From contig CAWGRW010000009.1 of NCBI GenBank assembly GCA_963825135.1, positions 384,001 through 448,000 on the forward strand: DNA of 64,000 bases, in the 5' to 3' direction. This DNA comes from an uncultured bacterium (GTDB lineage Bacteria; Desulfobacterota_D; UBA1144; Nemesobacterales; UBA2774). Below the pieces are notes generated by a model that was not told the origin of the DNA, did no database searches, and worked only from the letters and a program-made list of their open reading frames with translations. Positions 47,918 through 58,138 of this stretch are shown piece by piece. The first letter of the stretch is position 1. Every line of letters begins with the position of its first letter. The position numbers and the translations under genes are program-made.

Positions 47918-49432
47918 CTAGAACCTCACCTGGAAATCGAACATGTAGCTCCACCTGTCTACGGCCTTGTCCACGCCGTAAACGGGGAACTGCACGGCGA
48001 AGCCGGGGCTGTATTTCCTTCCGAACCTCGCGCCCGACGTGACGAACATATCGGTCTTCTTGAACGTATCCGCGGTGAGGAACGAGTACCCGTTGAACTC
48101 GGCGAAGAGCACGGGGGACGCGATCACGGGGAGGTTTGCCCCGACAGCGGCCGCGTAATTCACGTTGAACTCGGCGCTATGGCCCTCGAGCTCGTCCGCG
48201 TTCAGCACCAGAGGGGCCGACACCATCGCCTGCACGTTGAACACCCTGCCCCAGGCGGCGGCAGTGACGTAGGGCGCCGCGGTCCAGGCCTTCTGCAGAT
48301 TGATCGGGTAGTTCCTTCTGAACATGGTCACGGTGGTAAGCCTGTCGATGTTGTCCTTGTACGAGGTCGGGAGTATGACGTCGAGGCCTCCCGATACAGC
48401 CGAGTTGTGCGTCTTGAACATGAGGCGCTTGCCCCCGATAAGCACGTTCGCGAATTCGAACCCGTCCCTCACGTCATCGCCGTTGACGACGACCGCGTTC
48501 ACCCCCGACTGCGCAATCTTCACGTAAACGCCCCAGAGCTGGTTCGACGAAGGGATGTCCGCGCGGAGCGAATAGAATACGAACTGCCCGCCCAGGTCCC
48601 TCTTCAAGTTCACGATCTCGAGGTCGGCCCTGAACCTTCCGAGAGGGAGCGGCTGCTCGATGAAGAACGGGTACGCCAGGTCTATGGCGTCCTGCTTGTT
48701 CGGAGTGAACACTATGGGGCCGCTCACGGACATGAACGTCTTGGTGAACGGGTTGTAGAGCCCGACCTGCCTGTCGGAAATGAAATTCCTCATCGGGTTC
48801 AGTATATGGGCGAGTATCTTCGCCGGAACGAAGTTCGTGGAGGCGAGCAAATTCGAGGACTGCTCGAGCGCGATGCCGAGCGCCGTGCCCACAAGGGGGG
48901 TCGAAATGAGGTCCTGGATCGACGGAGTTTCCACCGTACCCTCGATCGTGTATTCGAACAGCGTGCTCTGGACAACGACTCCGAGAGCGGACACCAGCAT
49001 GCTGTGCCCCATCTGCCTGTAGAAGAGATATTCCACCGAGCCTATAGCCGGATGCGTAACCCAGTTCGTGAAGAAGGAGTCCCCGTCGTCCCACACCGGG
49101 GCCTGCGAGATGTTGTGCCACCACTTGGATAAGGAGGTGTCGAATATCCTGCTGTTCTTGTTCCTTACATAGAAGAACCTGGCCGCCCAGAGGCCCGAGT
49201 ACATTATGGCGGAGTCGCGGAGAAAGGCCTTTACCCCGAGGCGCTCATTCGCCTCCTCGCCCGTGACGAATTCCCCGTCCTTCGCGGGCTCTTCCTTTTG
49301 CGCCGCGGCGGAGCTCCCGGGGACTGAGGAATCGTAGAGGTCCTTTATCTGCACGTCCTCCTGTGCCGCTGCCCGGAGCGCGAAGAGGACGATAAAAAAC
49401 ATAAAAAAATACCTGTAAAGCTCCCTCACCAT
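47918..49432 (-). CDS. DUF3943-like exported protein (paralog 1)
   Basis: DSFFTNWVTHP, STLFEYTIEG, PSIQDLISTP; ends DFQVRF. Confidence 0.8.
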   Translation of the reverse strand: MVRELYRYFFMFFIVLFALRAAAQEDVQIKDLYDSSVPGSSAAAQKEEPAKDGEFVTGEEANERLGVKAFLRDSAIMYSGLWAARFFYVRNKNSRIFDTSLSKWWHNISQAPVWDDGDSFFTNWVTHPAIGSVEYLFYRQMGHSMLVSALGVVVQSTLFEYTIEGTVETPSIQDLISTPLVGTALGIALEQSSNLLASTNFVPAKILAHILNPMRNFISDRQVGLYNPFTKTFMSVSGPIVFTPNKQDAIDLAYPFFIEQPLPLGRFRADLEIVNLKRDLGGQFVFYSLRADIPSSNQLWGVYVKIAQSGVNAVVVNGDDVRDGFEFANVLIGGKRLMFKTHNSAVSGGLDVILPTSYKDNIDRLTTVTMFRRNYPINLQKAWTAAPYVTAAAWGRVFNVQAMVSAPLVLNADELEGHSAEFNVNYAAAVGANLPVIASPVLFAEFNGYSFLTADTFKKTDMFVTSGARFGRKYSPGFAVQFPVYGVDKAVDRWSYMFDFQVRF

Positions 49433-49525
49433 CTCTCCCGTCGATGTCCCGCTAAAACCAGTCCTGATGAAAACAGATTAAATTTGAAGTGATAAAATAC
49501 CCTAAAAATTATACAACCTGAAGAG

Positions 49526-50668
49526 CTAATCCATACCGAGCAATTTTTTCGCCCTCGCCTCCCATGTATAGTCCCTGACGTCCGAGGCGGCCCTTTCGGA
49601 GACGGCGCTCGCGAGCGCCGGGTCTTCGAGCGCCCTTTTTATGCCGGCCGCTATGGCCTCCGGGCTGTCGGGCGGCACGAGGACGGAGTTCACCCCGTCC
49701 GTGAGTATCTCCGAGACGGAGGGGATGGATGTAGCTACAATCGGGCGCCCGGACGCCATGTACTCGAAGAGCTTTATCGGGGAAGTGAAGTCGCGGGCCA
49801 GCGTGCCGCCCCTTATCGTCACGCGCGACGTGTAGGGCATTACGAGGACGTCAGAGGCCGCCAGATAGAGGGGGACAGTCTGGTGGGAGACGTAGCTCGT
49901 GAATTTGATGTTGTCCGCCTTCATTTCACGCGCGAGGTTCCGGCACCGGACCACGTCGCCCTCGAGCCCGCCCACGATGAGAAAGAGCACGCCGCTCATG
50001 CCGGGGGCGATCTCTATCAGGTGCTCCACGCCCCTGCCCTCGTATATGTTGCCTGCGTAGCAGACTATCTTTTTATCAGCCGGCAGTCCGAGGTCGGCCC
50101 GGGCCCGGGCCTTGTCGGGAAGCGACCTGTACCCTTCCAGGTCCACCCCGTTGTGGGCGACGACGAGCTTCTCCGGCGGGAAACCCAGCTTCAGGTATAT
50201 CTCCCCGAGCCCGCGCGAGTTCGTCGAGAACCGCACGAGCCGCTTCGAACGCTTAAACGTCTTAAAAAGCGCGCGCGCGCCCGTAACCGGGGGATGGTGG
50301 GCGTCGTACACAGTGGGCACGCGGAATATGTTCGTCGCGAGCGAGGCGAAGACGATGTTCCTCGTGACGGCCAGATCGAACTCCTTCCTGTGCATCCCGG
50401 CGTAGATAGAGGCGAGGACGCCGTGCGTGATGTTCCTCACGGACGTATTGCCGAAGTAGTGGAACGGGACGATATCGAAATTCGACTCGACCCCGTAGTA
50501 CTGGAAAATCTCCCCGGGCGTACGGTAGGCGGGGGCGAGGAGTGTCGTCGCTACGCCGAGCCTCCCCATCGCCTGGCACATCTTCATGATGTGTATGGCG
50601 CTCGCGCCCCGTGAAAAGAGCTCGGGGCTTCCTATGTAGAATACTCTCGAGGGGGTTGCGTTCGGCAT
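49526..50668 (-). CDS. Glycosyltransferase family 4
   Basis: HNGVD, SPIKLFEYMASGRPIV. Confidence 0.93.
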   Translation of the reverse strand: MPNATPSRVFYIGSPELFSRGASAIHIMKMCQAMGRLGVATTLLAPAYRTPGEIFQYYGVESNFDIVPFHYFGNTSVRNITHGVLASIYAGMHRKEFDLAVTRNIVFASLATNIFRVPTVYDAHHPPVTGARALFKTFKRSKRLVRFSTNSRGLGEIYLKLGFPPEKLVVAHNGVDLEGYRSLPDKARARADLGLPADKKIVCYAGNIYEGRGVEHLIEIAPGMSGVLFLIVGGLEGDVVRCRNLAREMKADNIKFTSYVSHQTVPLYLAASDVLVMPYTSRVTIRGGTLARDFTSPIKLFEYMASGRPIVATSIPSVSEILTDGVNSVLVPPDSPEAIAAGIKRALEDPALASAVSERAASDVRDYTWEARAKKLLGMD

Positions 50669-50873
50669 GTTCGGCCCGGCGCCGCGTCTGTCGGCTACAT
50701 CAAATAGTATATGCGATATTCGGGCGTTGACGAATCCGGCGGGCCGCTTCGGGGATTTTAAGGCCGATTAGAAATAGCCCCGGGCGTTGGATATAATTAA
50801 CCGGCGTTCGGCCGGGGCCGCGCGCGGCGTACGGCCCCGGACGGTGCGGGAAACACGCAATCAAGGGAGCGCA

Positions 50874-52142
50874 ATGGAAACGAGATCGATAAGAGGGTTC
50901 CACGACGTACTGCCCGAGGATATCAAGAGATGGCATCACGCGGAAGAGCAGGCGAAGACCCTGTTCGAGCTCTACGGGTTCTCGGAGCTCCGTATGCCGG
51001 CCCTCGAATTCACCGAGCTCTTCGCCAGGAGCCTCGGCACGACTACCGACATAGTGGAAAAGGAAATGTACACGTTTACCGACAGGGACGGCTCGTCGCT
51101 CACGCTCCGCCCCGAGGGCACGGCCGGGGTGGCGAGGGCGTACATAGAGAACTCGATGTGGACCAAATCGCCCGTGACGAAGCTCTACTACACGGGCATG
51201 ATGTTCCGTCACGAAAGGCCTCAAAAAGGACGCTTCAGGGGGTTCTACCAGATAGGGGCGGAGCTTTTGGGGCCGGAGGAGCCCTCGTCCGACGCGGAGC
51301 TCATCGCGATGGTCTGGAAGCTCCTCGAAGGCATAGGGATAACGAAATATCTGAGGCTCGAGCTATCCTCACTCGGAGACAGGAACTGCCGGCCGCAGTA
51401 TAAGGAAATGCTCGTCGCGTTCTTCACGCCGGAGAGGGAGCGTCTGTGCGAGGACTGCAGGAGGAGGCTAGAGACGAACCCGCTCCGCATACTCGACTGC
51501 AAGGTCAGGGGGTGCGGGGAGATAGCCGCGCGCGCCCCGAAGATGATAGACAACCTCTGCGCGGAGTGCAGCCTGCACCTGGGCGAGGTAAGGGAGAGCC
51601 TGGGCGCGGTGGGCGTCCCCTACGTCATCAACCCCGGCATAGTGAGGGGGCTCGACTACTACACCAGGACGGTATTCGAGATAACCACGGAGGAGCTCGG
51701 ATCGCAGAACGCCGTGGCCGCCGGGGGCCGCTACGACGGGCTCGTCGAGGAGTTGGGGGGGCCCCGTACGCCCGCGGTCGGGTTCGCCATGGGGATGGAG
51801 AGGACGATGCTCCTGCACAGGACGGCCTTCCCCGAGGGGTTCGGCAGAGAGGTGAGGGTATTCATCGCGCACATGGGGGAAGAGGCGCGGAAGAAGGCGT
51901 TTCAGCTCGCGTCCGAGCTCAGGCAGAGGGGCGTCCCGACCGAGATGGAATACGGCGGAAAGAGCCTGAAAAGTCAGTTCAAGCGCGCCGACAAGCTGGG
52001 GGCCAAGTTGACATTGATAATAGGCGAGGACGAGATCAAAAGGGGGGTCGTGAAGGTGAGGGATATGGATACGAGCAGTGAATATGAGATGAAGGAAATG
52101 AATCTGGGCTTAGAAATCGCCAAGCGCCTTGGCGGGAAGTAG
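50874..52142 (+). CDS. hisS: Histidine--tRNA ligase
   Basis: LRPEGTA, FRHERPQKGRFR, VRGLDYY, GGRYDGL. Confidence 0.97.
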   Translation: METRSIRGFHDVLPEDIKRWHHAEEQAKTLFELYGFSELRMPALEFTELFARSLGTTTDIVEKEMYTFTDRDGSSLTLRPEGTAGVARAYIENSMWTKSPVTKLYYTGMMFRHERPQKGRFRGFYQIGAELLGPEEPSSDAELIAMVWKLLEGIGITKYLRLELSSLGDRNCRPQYKEMLVAFFTPERERLCEDCRRRLETNPLRILDCKVRGCGEIAARAPKMIDNLCAECSLHLGEVRESLGAVGVPYVINPGIVRGLDYYTRTVFEITTEELGSQNAVAAGGRYDGLVEELGGPRTPAVGFAMGMERTMLLHRTAFPEGFGREVRVFIAHMGEEARKKAFQLASELRQRGVPTEMEYGGKSLKSQFKRADKLGAKLTLIIGEDEIKRGVVKVRDMDTSSEYEMKEMNLGLEIAKRLGGK

Positions 52143-52146
52143 TAGC

Positions 52147-52689
52147 TCACTGCTTCCGGAGCTTCTCCTGCTCCTGCTTCCACTTGAGCGTGTTCACCTC
52201 GACGTAGTCCTTGATGAAGAGGTCCGTAAGCTCCGAGACGTTTGACCCGACGCAGTCCTTTATCGCGGCCGCGCCGCATGAAACGAGCTTCCCTATCGAC
52301 CACGTGGCGGCCGCGGTGTTGATATTCTGCCCGAGCCTTTTCCCCAGAAGCACCACGGTCTGATAGAGGTCCATGTCGATGTACACGGCGTACCTGTCGC
52401 CGCTCACGGCCTTGCTCGCTATTACCTTTACGCGGAGGTACGAGCCCCCGAACACGCTGAACCAATCGCGGCCCTCTATCACCTGGATATTGGCCCTCGT
52501 GAGCTTGTCCTCGACAAGCGCCTTGAGCGCGGCTTCCCTTAGCCCGTCCTCCCTCGCCGCCTGCGGCGCATCGTCCACCACGACGGCGACGCCCGTTATG
52601 TCGGTGAGCGTTTCCTTCCCGACGGCGAAGGCCGCCTCGCCCGCCAGAAGCACGGTCATGAAAAGGACAATGGAGAGCGCAATCCTCAC
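52147..52689 (-). CDS. Exported hypothetical protein
   Basis: Signal peptide (AAFA), host-like codons. Confidence 0.75.
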   Translation of the reverse strand: MRIALSIVLFMTVLLAGEAAFAVGKETLTDITGVAVVVDDAPQAAREDGLREAALKALVEDKLTRANIQVIEGRDWFSVFGGSYLRVKVIASKAVSGDRYAVYIDMDLYQTVVLLGKRLGQNINTAAATWSIGKLVSCGAAAIKDCVGSNVSELTDLFIKDYVEVNTLKWKQEQEKLRKQ

Positions 52690-52754
52690 GATGTCAATTA
52701 ATATATTCGGTAGCGCGGGGAAAGTAAAAAGTTTCAGCCGGCCCGACGCGGCTC

Positions 52755-55700
52755 TTACGGGGCTGCCGACGAGGCCCTCTGGCCGCTGAATTCGCAGAGG
52801 AGCTCGAGGTTCGCTTTCACGATCTCGTGCTGAGCCGGGTGCGTATTTTTCGTAAACACCTTGAGCGCCTCCTGGTACGCCTCGGACGCCTTATCGCAGT
52901 TCCTGACCCTGTCCTCTTCCTCGGCCAGGGCCGTGTAAGCCCCGCCGATGTTGTTCTGCGTCGTAGCGTACTCCAGCGGGAACCTGCCTATGGTATAGAT
53001 TATGAGCGCGGTCTCGTAGGCGTTTATCGCCCTCCTGCAGTTCTTCGCCCTGTCCTCGACCTCCGATAGCATCCTGTGGACGACGCCCAGGTTATTCTGC
53101 GTCGCCGCGAACTGCATCGGGTAATTCTGAATGGTCCTGACCTTGAGCGCCTCCTCGAAAGCGCTCCGCGCCAGCCTGCAGTTGGCCTCCTTGTCCTCGA
53201 CGTCGGCGAGCGTCATGTACGCGGTGCCGAGGTTGTTCTTCGTCGATCCGTACTGTACGGGGCGCTCTTTTTCGTTATATACCCTGAGCGCCTCCCTGTA
53301 TGAATTCACGGCCCTCTTGCAGTTCTTCCCCTTCTCCTCCCGCTCGGCGAGGGTCCTGTACACGATGCCGAGGTTGTTCTGGGTGGCGGCGTATTCGAGC
53401 GGGTATTCCTTTAAATTATAGACCCCGAGCAGGCGCTCGCAGCACCCGACCGCCTTCCTGCAGTTCCCGGCCGCGTCCTCCCGCTCGGCGAGCCGCCGGT
53501 ATATGGCGCAGAGGGCGCTCAATACGGAGGCGTACTCGGCGGGCATGCGCTCGCGCGTATAGTACCGGAGCGCTTCTTCGTACGACTCGGCGGCGGATTT
53601 CAGGTCTTCCGCGGAGTCCGAGAATCCCGAGAGGCTTTCCCAGGCCGAGGCGGCATTCCTCATGATGAGCCCGTAGTCCTTGGGGGAGGTCTCGAACGTA
53701 ACGACAGAGAGTGCTTTCCTGTAGGCCTCTAAGGCCCTCCCGAAGCATTCGGGGACCCCGTCCCTCTGCGCAATATTGCCCCACGCGATGCCCATGTACT
53801 TATGTATTTCGGCATGATCGGAAGGAGTTATCCCCGCGCCGTACGCGGCGAGCGCTTTCTCAAACGCCTCGACCGCCCGCGTATAATCCTCCGAGCGGTC
53901 ATCCACCTCCGCGAGAACGCCGTATATGAAGCCCATATTCTTTTGAATCCTGCCGTACTCGGCCGGGTGCTCCCCCGCCGCGAAGACCTCAAGCGCCTCC
54001 GTATATTCCGAAAGCGCCTTCCTGTACTCGGCCGCGTCCCCCTTTATATGGGCGAGCGTCCGGCGTATGTCGCCGAGACTTTCCTTTACCGCCGCCCGCT
54101 CTACCGGGGCGGACTCCCCCGCCATTACCCCGAGCGCCTCGCTGTAAGATGCGGCCGCGCGCTCGTAGCCCTTGACGTCCCCCGTCTGCTCCGCGAGCTT
54201 CTCCCACGCTGAGGCGGCCCCTCTCTGCGCTTGAACGAATTCGACGGGGAAATTTTCACTCGTGTAATAGGCGAGCGCTTCCTCGTACGCCCTGAGCGCG
54301 TTCCTCAGAATATTGGCGGCCCCCCTCGCTGACCCGATCTCCCCGTACGCCCTGCCCAGGCGGAGTTTAAGAGAGGCGTACCCGGCCGGGGATTCCTCCC
54401 TCGAAGCGCGCTTCAGGACTTCCTCGTAATGCGCGGCAGCCTCTTCCGGATCGTCGAATTCGACTTCGTCCGCAAGCGTTATTATCTCATCTTCATCCCC
54501 TGACGCGGGACCGGCAGCTTCAGCCCCTTCGTGCTCGTCCTCTTTCACGATCTTGAGGACGGGCCTTTCTTTTTCAGCCTCGCTCTCTACGCCGCCTCCG
54601 GCGCCGTTTCCCCCGGACAGAAATGCACGCGCCTCTTCGAGCCTCTTCGCGGTCTCCTCGCGCTCGGGGGCGAATTCCCCGGCCGTGTTCACGGCCAGTG
54701 CCTCTTCGAAGTCGCGGACGGCGAGCTCCATCTGCCCCCGCTCTCCCGTAATCAGGCAGAGCGCCGCCCGGAGCTTCCCGGTCTCGAGCCTGACCCCCGC
54801 GCACTCGCGCGGATACCCCGCAGGGCTCAGGACGGCGAGCGCCCGCCCGTAGGAGTCAAGCGCCTTGAGCGAGTTCTGAACCGGGTCTTCGGCCCCGCCC
54901 AGGCGGGCGTACGCCGACCCCAGGGACGCGTGTAAAAGGGCGTGCTCGTAAGGGAAATGCGCCTCCGAATAATAGCCGAGCGCTTCCTGATAGTATCCGA
55001 TTTTATTGCTGACGTTTCCCGTCCATTCCTCCGCGAGCTCTTTGAGGAGCCCGCCCAGGAGCCCGCATATCTCTCTCCTCTTTTCGGGCTGCTCCTCCTC
55101 CGTATAGAAGCCGAGCGCTTCCCTGTAGGAATCGACGGCCAGCTCCGCGCTCGCGGCCCTGCCCGATTTCTCCGGCAGACCCCTGTAGAAATCGCCCAGT
55201 CTTACGTGGGCCTCCGCGTACTCCCGCGGGCGGCCGAGCGCGTCATAGAGGCCGAGCGGCCCTCTAAGGGCCTCGGCCGCCCCCTCGTAGTCGCCCGACC
55301 CCTCGAGGGAACGGGCGAGCGACGCGTATAGCCCCGCGAGAGTGAGGGCCCTTTCCTCGCAGCCCCCTTCCCCGCCGGCTGCGGCCGCGTAAATGGAGGC
55401 CGAATACGCGGCTATGGCTCTTTTCAGATCGAGCGCGTCCCCGCCTTCGCGGTAGAGCCTTTCGAAGACCTCCCCGAGCTTCCTCCCGTTGGCCGAGTGC
55501 TCCTTACGCGCGATCTCCTCCGGGTAATAAAGGAGCGCCTCGTCGTAGTATTCTATAGCCCTGTCCGGGTTATTAGATTCGGCTTCGATGTCGCCAAGCG
55601 CCTTGTACACGTTCCCGATCCTGATATTGAGCCCGGCGGTCTCCGCGTCCCCGCCCCGGCCCGTATGCGAGGAGAGAGCTTCCTTATAGGCGGCGAGCGC

Positions 55701-56927
55701 CCGTTCGTATTCGCGCGGGTCCACGCTCTTTTGCGCGAGCGAGACGCACGCGTCGCCGAGGTTGCTGTTGGCGAGCGCGCGGTCTGACGGGGAATATGCG
55801 AACCCCCCCGATGAAAGGCATTGCCTGAGAGACTCCGCGGCATCCCTCGCGTATCCCGTCTCACCGGTCATGAGGCAGAGCGCGTTTAACGCTACGCCCA
55901 GGTTGTTGCCGACCGCCGCGAACTCGTGCGGGTACCTGTCCCTGGTGAAATGGCCGAGGGCGGTCCTGTAAAGATCAGCCGCCCTCAGGAGGCCTTCAGT
56001 GTCATCCCGCGAATCGGAATTTCGGACGAGGAGGTCGGCGAGCTTCTTCGAGGTGACGGCAGCGAGCGCCCCGGGCTTTTCACGTTCCAGTATCGATTCA
56101 TATATGGAGGCGCATCTGCCGGCGTACTCTCCGCTTAAGACGGCGCCGTCCCCGGCGGCGATTAGTCCGGCGTAGAGAGATGCGAGACAGCTGAGGATGC
56201 GGGAAGGGACCGTCCTGCCCGAAACCGCCTCCCATTCCCTGAGCCTCCCGTACAATTTATCGAGATCGGGGAATCCGAAACCCGTCCTCGATGCGAAGTG
56301 CCGGGAGATCCTGAGCGCCGTTTCTCTGAGATCCCCGTCCCCCGCGGATCCGGCGGGCCGGAGGCAGTCCTCCATGTACCTGTCGATTATTCCGGGGAGC
56401 GCTTCGTCGATTTTATTCCTTATCTGCTCCGAGGGGCTTTCACCGCTCCGGGCAACCGCTCCGGAATCCGTTTCCGGGCTCCCGGTCACGCCGGATTGTG
56501 CGAATTTATCCAAATGCGCCTGCGCGCGGCCGCGCCCGGGCTCCCCCGCCCCGTGACCGCTTTCATGTTTCGCCCCCTCAGGGTCTCCGAACGTGATTAC
56601 GAATTTCCCCCGCCCCCTGAGATATCCGAACTGGTACAGCTCGTCGGGCCCGAGCCTGTCGAGTATGAGGACGCCGAGCACGCAGTCCCCCGCGAGCTCT
56701 TCGAAGCGCTCCATGTAATGTCCGTTTAATATATTGAGATCGGAGAGGAGACTGACGCGTATGCCCTTTTGCGGGAGGTAATCCCTGAGGGCGTCCAGGA
56801 TTCGACGGGCGCTTTCCCCGTCCCCTTTTTCCGCATGCAGCACTACGCAGTTGAACTCGCTGTCGTTACCGATGAGCAAGCTCAATTCCCTCGCGCCGCG
56901 TGAGCCGGAAACAGTTCCGCTAGACAT
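52755..56927 (-). CDS. 1390-aa TPR-repeat protein with N-terminal TIR/nucleoside-deoxyribosyltransferase-like domain
   Basis: Many repeats of the form ALxVY...P..YAxTQNNLG; N-terminal alpha/beta domain LDRLGPDELYQFGYLRGRGKFVITF. Confidence 0.85.
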   Translation of the reverse strand: MSSGTVSGSRGARELSLLIGNDSEFNCVVLHAEKGDGESARRILDALRDYLPQKGIRVSLLSDLNILNGHYMERFEELAGDCVLGVLILDRLGPDELYQFGYLRGRGKFVITFGDPEGAKHESGHGAGEPGRGRAQAHLDKFAQSGVTGSPETDSGAVARSGESPSEQIRNKIDEALPGIIDRYMEDCLRPAGSAGDGDLRETALRISRHFASRTGFGFPDLDKLYGRLREWEAVSGRTVPSRILSCLASLYAGLIAAGDGAVLSGEYAGRCASIYESILEREKPGALAAVTSKKLADLLVRNSDSRDDTEGLLRAADLYRTALGHFTRDRYPHEFAAVGNNLGVALNALCLMTGETGYARDAAESLRQCLSSGGFAYSPSDRALANSNLGDACVSLAQKSVDPREYERALAAYKEALSSHTGRGGDAETAGLNIRIGNVYKALGDIEAESNNPDRAIEYYDEALLYYPEEIARKEHSANGRKLGEVFERLYREGGDALDLKRAIAAYSASIYAAAAGGEGGCEERALTLAGLYASLARSLEGSGDYEGAAEALRGPLGLYDALGRPREYAEAHVRLGDFYRGLPEKSGRAASAELAVDSYREALGFYTEEEQPEKRREICGLLGGLLKELAEEWTGNVSNKIGYYQEALGYYSEAHFPYEHALLHASLGSAYARLGGAEDPVQNSLKALDSYGRALAVLSPAGYPRECAGVRLETGKLRAALCLITGERGQMELAVRDFEEALAVNTAGEFAPEREETAKRLEEARAFLSGGNGAGGGVESEAEKERPVLKIVKEDEHEGAEAAGPASGDEDEIITLADEVEFDDPEEAAAHYEEVLKRASREESPAGYASLKLRLGRAYGEIGSARGAANILRNALRAYEEALAYYTSENFPVEFVQAQRGAASAWEKLAEQTGDVKGYERAAASYSEALGVMAGESAPVERAAVKESLGDIRRTLAHIKGDAAEYRKALSEYTEALEVFAAGEHPAEYGRIQKNMGFIYGVLAEVDDRSEDYTRAVEAFEKALAAYGAGITPSDHAEIHKYMGIAWGNIAQRDGVPECFGRALEAYRKALSVVTFETSPKDYGLIMRNAASAWESLSGFSDSAEDLKSAAESYEEALRYYTRERMPAEYASVLSALCAIYRRLAEREDAAGNCRKAVGCCERLLGVYNLKEYPLEYAATQNNLGIVYRTLAEREEKGKNCKRAVNSYREALRVYNEKERPVQYGSTKNNLGTAYMTLADVEDKEANCRLARSAFEEALKVRTIQNYPMQFAATQNNLGVVHRMLSEVEDRAKNCRRAINAYETALIIYTIGRFPLEYATTQNNIGGAYTALAEEEDRVRNCDKASEAYQEALKVFTKNTHPAQHEIVKANLELLCEFSGQRASSAAP

Positions 56928-57123
56928 ATCCCTTTTTCCTCTAAAGTAAAGAAGCCGCGGAAAAGGCCAGGTCCCGCAATATCCGGAGGGACCCGAAGCC
57001 GTTTTCGGTTACCGTCGGCAAACAATCCGCGGGGGGGGATGCGAAGGACGCGGCGCCGTTAAAGACGCTTCGGGCCGAGAAATGCGCGTACGAAGACGGA
57101 GAGAACCTAAAGGAATGTCCCGA

Positions 57124-57214
57124 CTTCGGCGGCCCAGCCGCCATCATGCCCCCGAGAGAGCATTAAGGCCTGTGGCTTTGCGTCCCACCCTTTCGAATGG
57201 TTTGCCTTTTCGGT
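57124..57214 (-). promoter_or_regulatory. Cyclic di-GMP-I (GEMM) riboswitch
   Basis: Minus strand AAAGGCAAACCATTCGAAAGGGTGGGACGCAAAGCCACAGGCCTTAA...GGCGGCTGGGCCGCCGAA matches the GEMM consensus (GCAAAC..GNRA..GGACGCAAAGC). Confidence 0.92.
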
Positions 57215-57243
57215 CATGGAAATTAATGACCCCAACTTGTCAA

Positions 57244-57272
57244 AATTTATATCCGATTCGGTGCGATGTCAA
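57244..57272 (-). promoter_or_regulatory. sigma70 promoter driving the riboswitch-TPR transcript
   Basis: TTGACA-N17-TAAATT just upstream of the aptamer. Confidence 0.65.
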
Positions 57273-57416
57273 TATAATTTCAATAATATTTGCGACTTAG
57301 ACCGGAACAAGCCGTATGACCCGGAGCCGCCGGAATCGCCCCCGCATACGGAAGAAACAAGCGTTTACGGGCGCTTTTACTATAGAAACCGAATTCCCCC
57401 GGCCCGCCCCCGCCGC

Positions 57417-57857
57417 TCAGTCGTATTTTTTGAAGCATTCGCCGCAAAACCTCGTCCCCTCGTAAATTTCGGCCCCGCAGTCGCAGTATCCCGCGACCCT
57501 GGGCTTGGCCAGGGCCGTTACGGTTCCGAGCGCTTTCTTCGCGTTTACATGGACGAGCCTCAGATTCTCCCGCCATGTTTCTATCTCCGTTTCTATCCTG
57601 TCTATATCCGCGCATCTGGCCCCGACGGTCTCCGGGGCGACCTTGCCCGTGTGTTTGAAGGTCCTGTAGACCGAAGCCCCCATATCGAAGAGCGCGTCTT
57701 TTCTCCTCCGCTCCAGAGCCCCGATGGTGTTTTTGATTTTAAGCGTGTCGTATGCCTCCCTCGATCTTATATTTATCACCCTGAGTCCTTTATTTACCCC
57801 GTCTTTGAATATTGTCAGCAAATCCCTTTCTTCTCTCTCGTCAGGCATCGTGTTCAC
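57417..57857 (-). CDS. Coiled-coil protein with C-terminal zinc ribbon
   Basis: GGAGGAG SD; CxCG...FCGEC. Confidence 0.8.
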   Translation of the reverse strand: MNTMPDEREERDLLTIFKDGVNKGLRVINIRSREAYDTLKIKNTIGALERRRKDALFDMGASVYRTFKHTGKVAPETVGARCADIDRIETEIETWRENLRLVHVNAKKALGTVTALAKPRVAGYCDCGAEIYEGTRFCGECFKKYD

Positions 57858-58138
57858 TCCTCCCGGCCGCGCAGAAATCCTTACGGCACGGCCTTGAAAA
57901 ATAATACTCGATTCGATCGAAAGGATAAACCGCTTCTCCGGAGCCGGCCGGAATAATGTTTGACTGCGGGATGAGATAGGATAATATTTTAGGAGTCTTT
58001 CTTCGTTATGGATGTTATAAGGAGTAACAGGGATACCGTCTTTCCATTCGCACAGCCCAGCCGTCCATCATGAAAGCCCGGGCGTAGGGCCGACCCGCCA
58101 GGCAAAATAAACAGGAAAAACCAAGAGAGGGGAGCGTT

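Noticed and set aside
51380..51580. Cys-rich segment in HisRS
   Set aside because: It is a common insertion-domain feature of many bacterial HisRS.
57124..57214. 3',3'-cGAMP-specific (Geobacter-type) riboswitch
   Set aside because: The discriminating position is G, not A.
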